Made by a program: the position numbers and the translations under genes. A DNA stretch of 64,000 nucleotides from an uncultured delta proteobacterium. GTDB taxonomy: Bacteria > Desulfobacterota > RBG-13-43-22. The stretch covers positions 1 through 64,000 of the forward strand of contig CAWDKY010000032.1 of assembly GCA_963802945.1 (NCBI GenBank), written 5' to 3'. The notes under the pieces are model-generated. The model did no database searches and had not been told where the DNA came from. It worked only from the letters and a program-made list of their open reading frames with translations. Position 1 is the stretch's first letter. Every line of letters starts with the position of its first letter. Positions 39,858 to 49,674 of this stretch are shown piece after piece.

Positions 39858-40781
39858 ATGAGTAAAATTCTGATCATCGATGACAGCCGTCTGATCACTC
39901 AGTTCGGTAAAAGTATTCTGACCGGCAAAGGCCATGAAGTGTTAACTGCCGATTCAGGAGAAATGGGTTTAGAGCTGGCCATACAGGACCATCCGGATTT
40001 GATTCTTTTGGATGTCATCCTGCCTGGGATGGACGGCTATCAGATTTGTCAAAAACTTAAAGCAACAGGGCAGAGTCAGGACATCCCGGTGATCATGTTG
40101 ACCTCCAAGGCTGAGCCAGCCGACAAGATCCAAGGGCTGATGTTGGGTGCAGTGGATTATGTAACCAAACCCTTTGATGCCGGAGAATTGATCGCTCGGG
40201 TCAATACCCATTTAAAGATAAAAGAGCTTTATGAGGCCCTTCAGGAAAGAAACCGTCAACTCCAGGAATTGGCCAACCGAGACGGCTTGACCAATCTCTT
40301 TAACCATAGATTCTTTCATGAACACCTGACCCGGGAAATGGACCGGGTACGGCGGTACGGCGGAGTCATTACCTGTGTCCTTGTGGACATTGATTTTTTT
40401 AAGAAAGTCAACGACACCCATGGGCATCAGGTCGGGGACAGCATCCTGACCGAACTGGCCCTGATCCTTCAGAAAGGAATTCGGGAAAGCGACCTGGCCG
40501 CCCGTTATGGAGGGGAAGAATTCGCCCTGGTCCTGATTCAAACCGAAAGCCTGGCCGCCCAGTTGGTTTGTGAACGCCTAAGGTCACATATCGCCGCCTA
40601 CCCTTTTACCGTTGTAGATCCTCCTCTTCAGATTACGGCCAGTTTTGGTATAGCCTCTTTCCCCACAACCAGGATTAAAAAAGAGAAAGATCTGGTTGAG
40701 GCTGCCGATCGGGCCTTGTATCAGGCCAAGGAAGGGGGGAGGAACAAGGTGGTGTTGTTTACTCCCGTGAGCGGAGTATAG
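39858..40781 (+). CDS. REC-GGDEF diguanylate cyclase
   Basis: Receiver domain, DGLTNLFN, DIDFFKKVND and RESD I-site followed by RYGGEEF. Confidence 0.93.
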   Translation: MSKILIIDDSRLITQFGKSILTGKGHEVLTADSGEMGLELAIQDHPDLILLDVILPGMDGYQICQKLKATGQSQDIPVIMLTSKAEPADKIQGLMLGAVDYVTKPFDAGELIARVNTHLKIKELYEALQERNRQLQELANRDGLTNLFNHRFFHEHLTREMDRVRRYGGVITCVLVDIDFFKKVNDTHGHQVGDSILTELALILQKGIRESDLAARYGGEEFALVLIQTESLAAQLVCERLRSHIAAYPFTVVDPPLQITASFGIASFPTTRIKKEKDLVEAADRALYQAKEGGRNKVVLFTPVSGV

Positions 40782-41103
40782 GAATCTTTATTTACTCCTT
40801 GACAGTCGCTGGAAATATTCGATAGAGTTCCATCCGAACATATATGAAATTTCTATTCTCCAATCAGATCCGTCGGAGATGAAAGGCTGATTAAATCCCT
40901 TCGATAGATACTAGATTAAAATGCCGATACTGGATGTAGGATGAGGGATTTTTATCCAGTATCCAGTATCGTTTTTTGGTTTTATCCAGTATCGCCTACG
41001 AAAGAGCTATTGACCATGAGATAATAACAAGTTAGGGATAAATTCACAGATTTAAAAGTTTCAGAATCCACAATAGAAATTATCATTTATTAAGGAGAGG
41101 TTA

Positions 41104-41520
41104 ATGGAACGAACGTTATCCATCATTAAACCTGATGGAGTGGCCAAAGGACTGATCGGGGAGGTCATTAGGAGATTTGAATCCAATGGCCTTAAAGTTG
41201 CGGCCATAAAGATGATCTGCATGGATAAAAAACAGGCCGAAGGTTTTTATGATGTTCACAGGCAAAAGTCGTTTTTCAACAGCCTGGCCGATTTTATGTC
41301 TTCTGGACCCTGTGTGGTCTTGGTCCTCAAAGGGGAAGGGGCTATCGAGAAAAATAGAAAATTGATGGGGGCAACCGATTACACCAAAGCAGAGCCTGGG
41401 ACCATCCGAGCCGATTTCGCCAGCAGTATCGAGAGAAACATAGTCCATGGATCTGATGGTTCGGAAACAGCCCGGTATGAAATCGGATATTTTTTCAATG
41501 CCCTGGAAATAGTCGGTTAG
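41104..41520 (+). CDS. ndk: Nucleoside diphosphate kinase
   Basis: [18 protein letters not shown] and NIVHGSD. Confidence 0.97.
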   Translation: MERTLSIIKPDGVAKGLIGEVIRRFESNGLKVAAIKMICMDKKQAEGFYDVHRQKSFFNSLADFMSSGPCVVLVLKGEGAIEKNRKLMGATDYTKAEPGTIRADFASSIERNIVHGSDGSETARYEIGYFFNALEIVG

Positions 41521-41524
41521 TTTC

Positions 41525-42445
41525 GTGTTGGCGATCAAAGAAACGGTCAAAAAGGTTTTTCTTGTTTTCGGCTTCTTGGTTGTATTTTCCTTGGTCTGGA
41601 CGAGTCAGCCCAGAGCTTCTTGTTATACTTTTCCTTCCTCCCTGACCATCTGCAATGAGCCGGTTCCCTTATCGGATCGAAGCGTTTGGGAAAGAATGGA
41701 CCGGGAGTTCATGCTTGGTGTCTATGACCGAGGCCAGGTTTATTTGTGGTTAAAAAGGAGTAAACGCTATTTCCCTTATATCGAGGCCCGACTGAAAGAA
41801 AAGGGGATGCCTGATGACCTGAAGTACCTGATGGTGGCCGAAAGCTCACTTAATCCTCGGGCGATTTCCAACAAGGCGGCAGCAGGATTCTGGCAGTTTA
41901 TTGAAAAAACAGGGCAAAGATTCGGCCTGCAAAAAAAACTCTGGATTGACGAAAGGCTTGACCTGGCCAAATCCACCGATGCGGCCATCAATTATTTGAA
42001 ATTTTTATACGATTATTTTGGGAAGTGGACCATGGCCATGGCGGCCTATAATTGCGGAGAAGACCGAGTTAAAGAGGAAATAGCCCAGCAAGGAGAAAAT
42101 GATTATTTCCGCCTGGCTTTGCCCCAGGAGACCGAGCGGTATGTCTTTCGTATTTTAACCGCTAAAGTTATCTTAAGCAATCCTGAGTTGTACGGTTTTG
42201 ATCTCCCGGAAAAAGAAGGCTATTACCCCATTGAAACTGATTCTATTGTCCTGCAGCTTCCCCATTCGGTTCCCCTTCGGGATATTGCCAAGGCCTGTGG
42301 ATCCTATATCAAGGAACTCAAAGATTTAAATCCGGAAATTCAAGGCTATACCTTGCCAGCGGGCATGTATCAACTAAAAATTCCGGCTGGGAAAAAATCC
42401 CTTCTGGAAAAAAACTTTAAAGATTTTATAAAAACCACTCCCTAA
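41525..42445 (+). CDS. Lytic transglycosylase (SLT, MltD-like)
   Basis: AESS, AAGFWQF, AAYNCG, LPQETERYV and a LysM-like LKDLNPE tail. Confidence 0.9.
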   Translation: MLAIKETVKKVFLVFGFLVVFSLVWTSQPRASCYTFPSSLTICNEPVPLSDRSVWERMDREFMLGVYDRGQVYLWLKRSKRYFPYIEARLKEKGMPDDLKYLMVAESSLNPRAISNKAAAGFWQFIEKTGQRFGLQKKLWIDERLDLAKSTDAAINYLKFLYDYFGKWTMAMAAYNCGEDRVKEEIAQQGENDYFRLALPQETERYVFRILTAKVILSNPELYGFDLPEKEGYYPIETDSIVLQLPHSVPLRDIAKACGSYIKELKDLNPEIQGYTLPAGMYQLKIPAGKKSLLEKNFKDFIKTTP

Positions 42446-42630
42446 CTACCCCTGTTTTTTCAAATAACCGCTTAAAGTGAAGGTTCTGCGGACGCTTCCT
42501 CTCACCAGAACATCTGATTCAACTTTCATTTCTCTTCACCCTCTTCCCAACCCTCCTTGTCAGGTTTGTTCCCACGGCAGGTATCAAGGGAGAAGCGGCT
42601 TGGGGACTTTTTTAAATCCATTATTTTTGA

Positions 42631-42683
42631 TTGACACGCAATATATTGTGTGTTAGATACTTCCTATATACTATATGGAGGAA
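42631..42683 (+). promoter_or_regulatory. Promoter (TTGACA at 42631) overlapped by an NrdR-box-like palindrome, with a degenerate second box
   Basis: ACGCAATATATTGTGT (42636-42651). ATACTATATGGAGGAA starts 32 nt downstream. Confidence 0.55.
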
Positions 42684-42712
42684 ATAGAGGGGGTTTCCCC
42701 CAAGGAGGGGCT

Positions 42713-42898
42713 ATGGATGAAAAGTTACAGGAAAACCACTTCTGCTATAATATAAAGCTCCCGGATGCCCAATGTTATCGATGTATCTGGCTGGAATGGA
42801 ATGAAAACGCCTCAAACTGCCTTAATAGGAAAAGAATGATCTGTAGCCTTTATATTGAAGAAGTCTTTGGAGACTTTATCACCAAAACAGTCAATTGA
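42713..42898 (+). CDS. Small Cys-rich hypothetical protein (61 aa)
   Basis: AAGGAGG RBS before the ATG. Five Cys including CYRC. Own promoter. Confidence 0.65.
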   Translation: MDEKLQENHFCYNIKLPDAQCYRCIWLEWNENASNCLNRKRMICSLYIEEVFGDFITKTVN

Positions 42899-43033
42899 AT
42901 ATAAAGGATTCAAGAGGTCCAGGGGGTAAGAATTTAACTGAATGGCATGGAAGTTAAAATCCTTGAACGTCTCGGCTGAGCTCGTCGCAGGCCCTTGAAT
43001 CTTCATCATCCTCGCACCCTATTTTTTACATTG

Positions 43034-43173
43034 AGAGCTTTGAAAAAGGTTCAATTTTGTTCAAGGTCAAGGAAGACGAAAATTTTTGCCACAGGAATAC
43101 ATTTAGTATTTTGAGAATTAAAATTTGAGTCTGAGACAGAGATTGGGCAAAAGGGGACATCTTTCAAAGCTCT
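43034..43173. mobile_element. 140-bp MITE-like element
   Basis: Perfect 12-bp terminal inverted repeats AGAGCTTTGAAA / TTTCAAAGCTCT. No transposase. Confidence 0.75.
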
Positions 43174-43193
43174 TGAAGATTCCAAAGTCTAAA

Positions 43194-43517
43194 CTAATGT
43201 TGTAAGAAGTTAAATGGTAAAGGGGGCAGGTCTCCGTTTGGCCTATGATCAAAGTTATCCTTGTGGACAAAGAATAACAGGCAACTATTTTGGTCTTCAA
43301 AATTTCGAGTCGATAGTTGACCACGATTATGCGGCGCCTTAAAATAGTCGCCGATGACCAAAAAGCCGGTGATATTTTTATCAAACTTTAGGTAAAAAAG
43401 AAAAAGGACTGACAAGAATGTGGCCAAGATTAAGAAAAGGGCCATAAACTCCTTTTGCCTAAGGCTTCTTTCTGTGACACTTCTAAAAAATTTTAATAAT
43501 GGCTTAATGCGCTTCAA
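43194..43517 (-). pseudogene. Possible membrane-protein fragment
   Basis: One strong TM, then FDKNITGFLVIGDYF, then low-plausibility sequence ending next to the MITE. Confidence 0.4.
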
Positions 43518-43761
43518 TGTCCTGACTTTCTTTTAAGCTTAAAACCCGATTCCCCTCCCATTTAATCTCTTTAACCCCCTTCATTAAGTTGCACCAAATT
43601 AATGGATGGGTTAGAGACTCAAACTTGATTTCTTTCTCTTTGAAATTTTCCCCACATCAAGAAGATCAAATACGGCAAGGATAAAACGACGAGGGAAATG
43701 ATTCATTTAAAAAAGAAGTCAGCGTCGGTTAATAATCATTCTTCAATCGTTCCTGGTTATT

Positions 43762-44754
43762 TTAAATCATCCACTCCCTGAATACCTCTTTAGACAACTT
43801 AGCAACCTTGATCTGCCACCTTCGATCCCCTTGTCCCAATTGGACCGGAACAACCTGGTCTCCCGGTGCATCACTATAGGTCAGGCAGAGGTGGGCAAAC
43901 CTTTCCCAGTCTTCCGGCTTATTCGGGCGGCCCAGGGCAAGGGCCATTGGGCCCGGGTGCCCGATCACCCGGGCCCAGACGTCTTCCGGATCAGCCCATT
44001 TTTCAATAAATTCGTTTTCTTTTTTGTTTCTGCCGACAACAGCTTTGAACTCCGGGCTTAAACGAAAATGACGACCGGCTTTCAGCAACTCCACTTCTCT
44101 TAAGGGAGGGTCCGGGGAGTGGGAAAATAGTTCTTTTAATCGCCCGGAAAAAATGGGATCGGTTAGCAGACATCCTCCAGCCGGAGCAGGATATGTGAGT
44201 CCATAGCCTTCGGCCATAGCCATCTGCCGTTTTCGAGACCGGCCTTGGATATCCAAAAGCCGAAAGCGGTCCACCAGACCTTCCTGTTCAGGTCTTGTTT
44301 CCGATAGCAGGAGGGCACTCAAGGGTCGAAGGATACGGTTAAGATGGCCGGAGGCCTTTTCAACGGCCCGCAGCGACGTTTTGGTTTGAGAAAACGGCCT
44401 TTGCCCCAGGACCTCTCCAGTAAAAAGAAAATCGGCTCGGACCTTTTCCATCCACTCCCCGGCCTTACGAATCATAAGGGCGTGACAATCAATACAGGGA
44501 TTCATCCCTTTGCCGTAACCGTATCTGGGAGACTTCAGCATCACCCAATGGTCCTGGGTGATATCCAGGACCGTTAAGGGGATATTCAATTGCTCCGCAG
44601 CCCGCCGGGCCTTTTCTTCCCCGAAAAAAGGAGTGACCAAGGCGACCCCCAAAACCTGAATCCCCTGGTCGGATAGAATTCGGGCGGCCAGCATACTGTC
44701 CAGGCCGCCTGAGAGCAAGCCGACTGCCTTAATAGGATGTTTCATGAATTCCAA
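43762..44754 (-). CDS. PP-loop tRNA sulfurtransferase (ThiI/MnmA-like)
   Basis: LSGGLDS, NPCIDC, TGEVLGQRPFSQ, PAGGCLLT and GRHFR. Confidence 0.85.
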   Translation of the reverse strand: MEFMKHPIKAVGLLSGGLDSMLAARILSDQGIQVLGVALVTPFFGEEKARRAAEQLNIPLTVLDITQDHWVMLKSPRYGYGKGMNPCIDCHALMIRKAGEWMEKVRADFLFTGEVLGQRPFSQTKTSLRAVEKASGHLNRILRPLSALLLSETRPEQEGLVDRFRLLDIQGRSRKRQMAMAEGYGLTYPAPAGGCLLTDPIFSGRLKELFSHSPDPPLREVELLKAGRHFRLSPEFKAVVGRNKKENEFIEKWADPEDVWARVIGHPGPMALALGRPNKPEDWERFAHLCLTYSDAPGDQVVPVQLGQGDRRWQIKVAKLSKEVFREWMI

Positions 44755-44905
44755 AAGCTTTTATTAGAATGAATCGACTTTGAGCGTTCGTCGTTCAGCC
44801 TATTTTTAGAAAAATCGTCTTAGAGCTGTTTAAAAGTATAGCCGAGGCAGAAGGTTAGGTCAAGAACTCCCTGGGGCTTTTCATTAAATGGTTCAGAATA
44901 AAACC

Positions 44906-44934
44906 TTGACATGCACAGATTTTTATATTATAAT
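44906..44934 (+). promoter_or_regulatory. Perfect sigma70 consensus promoter of vapBC
   Basis: TTGACA-N17-TATAAT. Confidence 0.8.
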
Positions 44935-44967
44935 TGTTCACAAACAATACACAACCAGGAGGAAGAA

Positions 44968-45165
44968 ATGCGTTCAACGGTAACCTTGGATAAAGCCAGA
45001 CTGGATAGGCTTCTGGAAGAAACCCATTGCCGGAGCAAGGCCTCGGCGGTTTCCCTGGCCATCGACTCGTATCTTAAGCAGAAAAAAATTGAAAAGATAA
45101 AATCCATGAAAGGTAAATTAGAATTCGCCCTGAGGGCCGAGGAGATCAGACATCGTGAAAGATAA
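44968..45165 (+). CDS. vapB: VapB-type antitoxin
   Basis: MRSTVTLD RHH-like start, AGGAGG RBS, overlaps the PIN gene. Confidence 0.8.
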   Translation: MRSTVTLDKARLDRLLEETHCRSKASAVSLAIDSYLKQKKIEKIKSMKGKLEFALRAEEIRHRER

Positions 45166-45559
45166 AAGGGTCATCATTGATACTTCGGTTTGGATTGCCT
45201 ATTTTAAAGAAAACAACCGGCTGCTGGCCGAAAAGGTGGACCGGGTTTTGAGGGATTGGGAGGTCTTGGTCCCCAGAGTCGTCATGGCCGAATTAATACA
45301 AGGCGCCAAATCAGAAAAGGAAACCTCGGTCATTGCCGAGTTTATTGATGCCTTTAAGATTATCGAGCAGACTAAAGATACCTGGCTGGAGGCCGGTCGA
45401 CTTTCCTATGCCCTGAGAAAGAAAGGGATAATCATCCATCTCCTGGATTGTTATATCACTATCCTGGCTATGGAAAACCAGTGCCGGATTTTCAGCCTGG
45501 ATGAACATTTTATTCTTATTAACAAGCTTAACAAACTCAAACTGATTGCCCAAATTTAA
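45155..45559 (+). CDS. vapC: VapC PIN-domain toxin
   Basis: IIDTSVWI, ELIQG, DCYI and SLDEHF. Confidence 0.9.
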   Translation: MKDKRVIIDTSVWIAYFKENNRLLAEKVDRVLRDWEVLVPRVVMAELIQGAKSEKETSVIAEFIDAFKIIEQTKDTWLEAGRLSYALRKKGIIIHLLDCYITILAMENQCRIFSLDEHFILINKLNKLKLIAQI

Positions 45560-45596
45560 TTCGACTGAAGGAAAAAAGCCCACAGGATGGCAAACG

Positions 45597-48500
45597 ATGA
45601 ATAAAAAAGCCAAAACCAAGAAGGAACCCCTGGATGAAATGACTGTCCTGCAGCAGGAGTTGGCAAAATTTAAATCCGCAAATGTCGCCCTTAAGAAAGG
45701 CAGGAAGACCCTGGAAAAAAGGGAGAAGTTCACATCCGGTATTTTTTCCAGCATCCTGGAAGGGATCAGTGTCACAGATAAAGAGATGAACATCCTTTTT
45801 GTCAACCCCACCATGGAACGATGGTTTCCTGATGTCCGGCCCCTGATCGGCAAAAAATGTTATCAGGCTTATCATGGAAGGGATCAGGTCTGTGAGGATT
45901 GTCCCTGTCGTCAAACTCTTCAGACCGGCCAGGACGCTAATGCGGTCATTCCCCGTCTGGATGCCAAGGGAGATATCTTCGGATGGTACCATCACTTCAG
46001 TTTCCCCATGCTGGATCCGAAGACAGGACGGGTTATCGGCGTTATCGAGTACATCCGTAACGTGACCAGACGGAAACAGGCCGAGGACACCCTAAAGGCC
46101 TCGGAAGAGAAGTATCACTCCATTCTTGAAAATCTTGCCGACGGGTATTATGAAGTCGATTTGGCCGGCAACCTCACCTTTTTCAACAATGAATTGGTTA
46201 AGATCTATGGTTATCCCAGAGAATCCATGCTGGGGATAAACAATCGCGTCTATACCGATGAAGAGAATGCCAAAAAGATGTATCAGGCCTTTAATCGGGT
46301 GTATCGCACCGGAGAATTGGCTAGAGGCGTCCAGATTGAAATTATTACCGCAAAAAAGATCAGGAAAAATATGGAGTTTTCCATAGCTTTGATCAGGGAT
46401 CCTCTTGGAAATCTGGTTGGCTTCCAGGGCATTGCCAGGGACATTACCGACCTTATGCAGACCCAGAAAGAGTTAAAGGAGAGCGAGGAGCGATACCGGA
46501 CCATTATTGAAACCATTGAAGACGGATATTATGAGGTGGACCTGAACGGCCATCTGACCTTTTTTAACGATGCCATGACGCGGATCAACGGCTATTCCAG
46601 GGAAGAAATGATGGGGATGCACGCCCGTGATTATACCGACGCCGAAAATAACAAGCTGTTGGATCGTGAATTTAGACAGGTTTATCGTACCCGAACACCT
46701 TCCAAGGGTATCCATTACGAAGTAATCACCAAAAACGGTGAAAAGAAAAACGTAGAGACTTCCATATCCTTGATCAGGGATCCTTCAGATAAACCCATTG
46801 GCTTCCGGGGCATTGCTCGAGACGTTTCCGAATTTACTAAAATCCAGCAAGCGTTAAAGGAGAGCGAGGAGCGATACCGGACTATTATTGAAACCATTGA
46901 AGACGCTTTTTATGAAGTGGATCTGTCCGGAAACTTCACCTATTACAACGATGCTATGATCCGAATGTTAGAATATCCTAAGGATGAACTGTTGGGGATG
47001 AATTACCGGCAATATGCCAATACCGAAAACGCCAAAATATTATTTCAGGCCTTTAATCAGGTGTATCGCACTGGAGAACCTGCCAATGGGGTCATTTACG
47101 ATGCGGTTACCAAGAATGGCAAAGGGAAAACCATTTCGACTTCCGTATCGCTGATCAGGAATCCATTAGGCAACCCGGTCGGGTTTCGGGGCATCTCCAA
47201 GGATATCACCGATCTCATACAGATCCAGACCGCTTTAAAGGAGAGCGAAGAAAGATACCGGACCATTATTGAAACCATTGAAGACGGCTATTATGAGACG
47301 GACCTGGCCGGCAACCTGACCTATTTCAATGACAGCATGTTTCGGATACATGAATATTCAAGAGAAGAACTAATGGGTATGAATAATCGGCAATATACCG
47401 ATGCCGAAAATGCCAAAATTCTGTTTAAAGCCTTTAACCGGGTCTATCGAACCGGGGAACCTTCCACGGGCACCTATTATGATATTATGACCAAAGATGG
47501 TAAAAAGAAAAATTTGGAGGCCTCGGTATCGTTGATCAAAGACCCTTCAGGTAAACCTATCGGTTTCCGGGGCATCGCCCGGGATGTAAGCGAACTTAGA
47601 AAGACAGAGAAGGCCCTACAAACCAGCGAAGAGCGTTTTCGTATGGCCGCTGAAAGTTCCAATGATTTTATTTATGAATGGGATCTCCAATCAGGTCGAA
47701 TTGATTGGTCCGGCACTGCCGGTATGAAACTTGGACATGTTTTAGGTGAACTTCCAGTCACCGCTGTTGACTTTGATAGACTGATTCATCCAGAGGACCA
47801 TGAACGTTTCTCAGAAGCCGTTATAAACCATTTGAGGCACGGGAAGCCTTACATGGAAGAATACCGGATGATCAGGAAAGACGGGAATATCATCCACATG
47901 AGCGCTGCCGGAATGTGTCTGCGGAATGAAGCCGGAAGGGCTTACAAATGGATCGGGGCCTTAAGCGACATTACCGAACGTAAAAGAGCCGAAGAAGAAC
48001 TCAAAGATAGTTTAGACAAGCTGCACAAGGCCATGGGGGGGATCATCCAGGCCATGGCCTTAACGGTAGAAAGCAAGGACCCTTACACCGCCGGGCATCA
48101 ACAACGGGTCTCCAAACTGGCGCGGACTATCGCCCAGGAAATGGGCCTGTCTAAGGACCAGATTGAGGCTATCCGTATGGCCGGCGTAGTCCATGATCTG
48201 GGCAAGATATCAGTGCCGGCCGAAATCTTAAGTAAGCCGACCAAACTTTCTGATATCGAATTCAGCCTGATCAAAGGTCACTCGCAAACGAGTTATGATA
48301 TCCTGAAGGATATAGAGTTCCCCTGGCCTATTGCCGAGATCACCCTCCAGCACCACGAACGGCTGGATGGTTCCGGGTATCCTTCGGGTCTCAAAGGGGA
48401 TCAAATTATGCTCGAGGCCCAAGTCCTGATGGTGGCTGATGTGGTCGAGGCCATTGCCTCCCATCGGCCTTACCGGCCGGCCCTGGGGGTTGAGGTAGCC

Positions 48501-48599
48501 CTGGATGAGATTTCAAAAAACAAAGGGAAATTATACAACCCGGCTGCGGTTGAAGCCTGTGTAAGGATTTTCAAGGAAAAGGGATACTCTTTCAATTAA
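45597..48599 (+). CDS. Multi-PAS HD-GYP cyclic-dinucleotide phosphodiesterase
   Basis: Six PAS/PAC domains. DPYTAGHQQRV, HDLGK, HHERLDGSGYP and HRPYR. Confidence 0.93.
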   Translation: MNKKAKTKKEPLDEMTVLQQELAKFKSANVALKKGRKTLEKREKFTSGIFSSILEGISVTDKEMNILFVNPTMERWFPDVRPLIGKKCYQAYHGRDQVCEDCPCRQTLQTGQDANAVIPRLDAKGDIFGWYHHFSFPMLDPKTGRVIGVIEYIRNVTRRKQAEDTLKASEEKYHSILENLADGYYEVDLAGNLTFFNNELVKIYGYPRESMLGINNRVYTDEENAKKMYQAFNRVYRTGELARGVQIEIITAKKIRKNMEFSIALIRDPLGNLVGFQGIARDITDLMQTQKELKESEERYRTIIETIEDGYYEVDLNGHLTFFNDAMTRINGYSREEMMGMHARDYTDAENNKLLDREFRQVYRTRTPSKGIHYEVITKNGEKKNVETSISLIRDPSDKPIGFRGIARDVSEFTKIQQALKESEERYRTIIETIEDAFYEVDLSGNFTYYNDAMIRMLEYPKDELLGMNYRQYANTENAKILFQAFNQVYRTGEPANGVIYDAVTKNGKGKTISTSVSLIRNPLGNPVGFRGISKDITDLIQIQTALKESEERYRTIIETIEDGYYETDLAGNLTYFNDSMFRIHEYSREELMGMNNRQYTDAENAKILFKAFNRVYRTGEPSTGTYYDIMTKDGKKKNLEASVSLIKDPSGKPIGFRGIARDVSELRKTEKALQTSEERFRMAAESSNDFIYEWDLQSGRIDWSGTAGMKLGHVLGELPVTAVDFDRLIHPEDHERFSEAVINHLRHGKPYMEEYRMIRKDGNIIHMSAAGMCLRNEAGRAYKWIGALSDITERKRAEEELKDSLDKLHKAMGGIIQAMALTVESKDPYTAGHQQRVSKLARTIAQEMGLSKDQIEAIRMAGVVHDLGKISVPAEILSKPTKLSDIEFSLIKGHSQTSYDILKDIEFPWPIAEITLQHHERLDGSGYPSGLKGDQIMLEAQVLMVADVVEAIASHRPYRPALGVEVALDEISKNKGKLYNPAAVEACVRIFKEKGYSFN
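46100..47623 (+). repeat. Four tandem intragenic 381-bp PAS repeats
   Basis: GAGCGARGA anchor at 46481, 46862 and 47243 (period 381 nt, 127 aa). Confidence 0.9.
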
Positions 48600-48636
48600 T
48601 TCCTTTTTACGGCCACAGACCCAAGCCCCTTTCTAT

Positions 48637-49494
48637 CTATCTGGGAACCAATCGGATCTCGAACACTTTCGGCCAATATTTTCCGGTTACAAAAATCCGG
48701 TTTTCCTGGGCATCATAGGCGATGCCGTTTAAAACATCCACGCCTTGAGCACGATCTGTTGCGGGCAATAACCCTTGCAGATCGATCCAGCCGGTTACCC
48801 GGCCGGTCTTGGGTGAAATCCTGACGATCCGATCGGTCAGATAAACATTGGCGTAAATTTTCCCTTGGATATATTCCAGCTCATTGAGCAGGGTTACGGG
48901 AAGGCCCCGGTCGTGGACTTGAATCCGTTTGACTTCCTTGAAGTTGTCAGGGTCCAGAAAATGCAAGAACGACGTACCGTCGCTCATGATCAAATATTTT
49001 CCGTCTTGGGTGATCCCCCAGCCTTCCGTGGGGTAGGTAAATTTCCTAAGCAATTGAAACGTCCCCCGGTCATAAACAAAACCCGTTCTCGTTTTCCAGG
49101 TCAGTTGAATAATTTTGTTTTGCCATAAGGTTATCCCTTCACCGAAAAATTGATAGGGTAATTGGTAAAGTTTTACTGTTTGTCCGGTCTCCAGCTTGAC
49201 TTTCCGCAAAGACGATTTCCCCAAAAGGCCCGTTCCTTCATAAAGAAATCCTTGGTGAAATACCAGCCCCTGGGTAAAGGCTTTGGGGTCGTGCGGAAAG
49301 ACACGGACAACCTTGAAACCGAAAACCGGCGTGGGTGATCCTGAACCTTCGGCCTTTTGTTGAAGAGAAAAGAGGGAACCTATCAGAATAAAAAAAAGTA
49401 TTAATCCAAAAACAAAAACTCTCAGCCTTAAGCTTTGAGCTTTTAGCCTCCGGCTTTTAGCTTTAAAACTTTCGCCTCGTCCCTTAGGTCTCAT
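48637..49494 (-). CDS. Glutaminyl-peptide cyclotransferase (plant/bacterial type)
   Basis: HDPKAFTQGL, FGEG, EGWG, LNELE, VLNGIAY and TGKYWP. Start uncertain. Confidence 0.9.
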   Translation of the reverse strand: MRPKGRGESFKAKSRRLKAQSLRLRVFVFGLILFFILIGSLFSLQQKAEGSGSPTPVFGFKVVRVFPHDPKAFTQGLVFHQGFLYEGTGLLGKSSLRKVKLETGQTVKLYQLPYQFFGEGITLWQNKIIQLTWKTRTGFVYDRGTFQLLRKFTYPTEGWGITQDGKYLIMSDGTSFLHFLDPDNFKEVKRIQVHDRGLPVTLLNELEYIQGKIYANVYLTDRIVRISPKTGRVTGWIDLQGLLPATDRAQGVDVLNGIAYDAQENRIFVTGKYWPKVFEIRLVPR

Positions 49495-49674
49495 GCCTCG
49501 TTCCTCTTATGAGTTTTCCAAACCACTACCTTTTAACTTATCAAAAATTTAACTAAATGTCATTCCTTAGATGTTTGGTTAAAAAAAGCGAGCAATTATA
49601 AAAGAAATGGTATAAACATATTGACAAGGAGAAATTAATGGTAATTATTATTAAAATCAAGATAAGGAGGGCCT

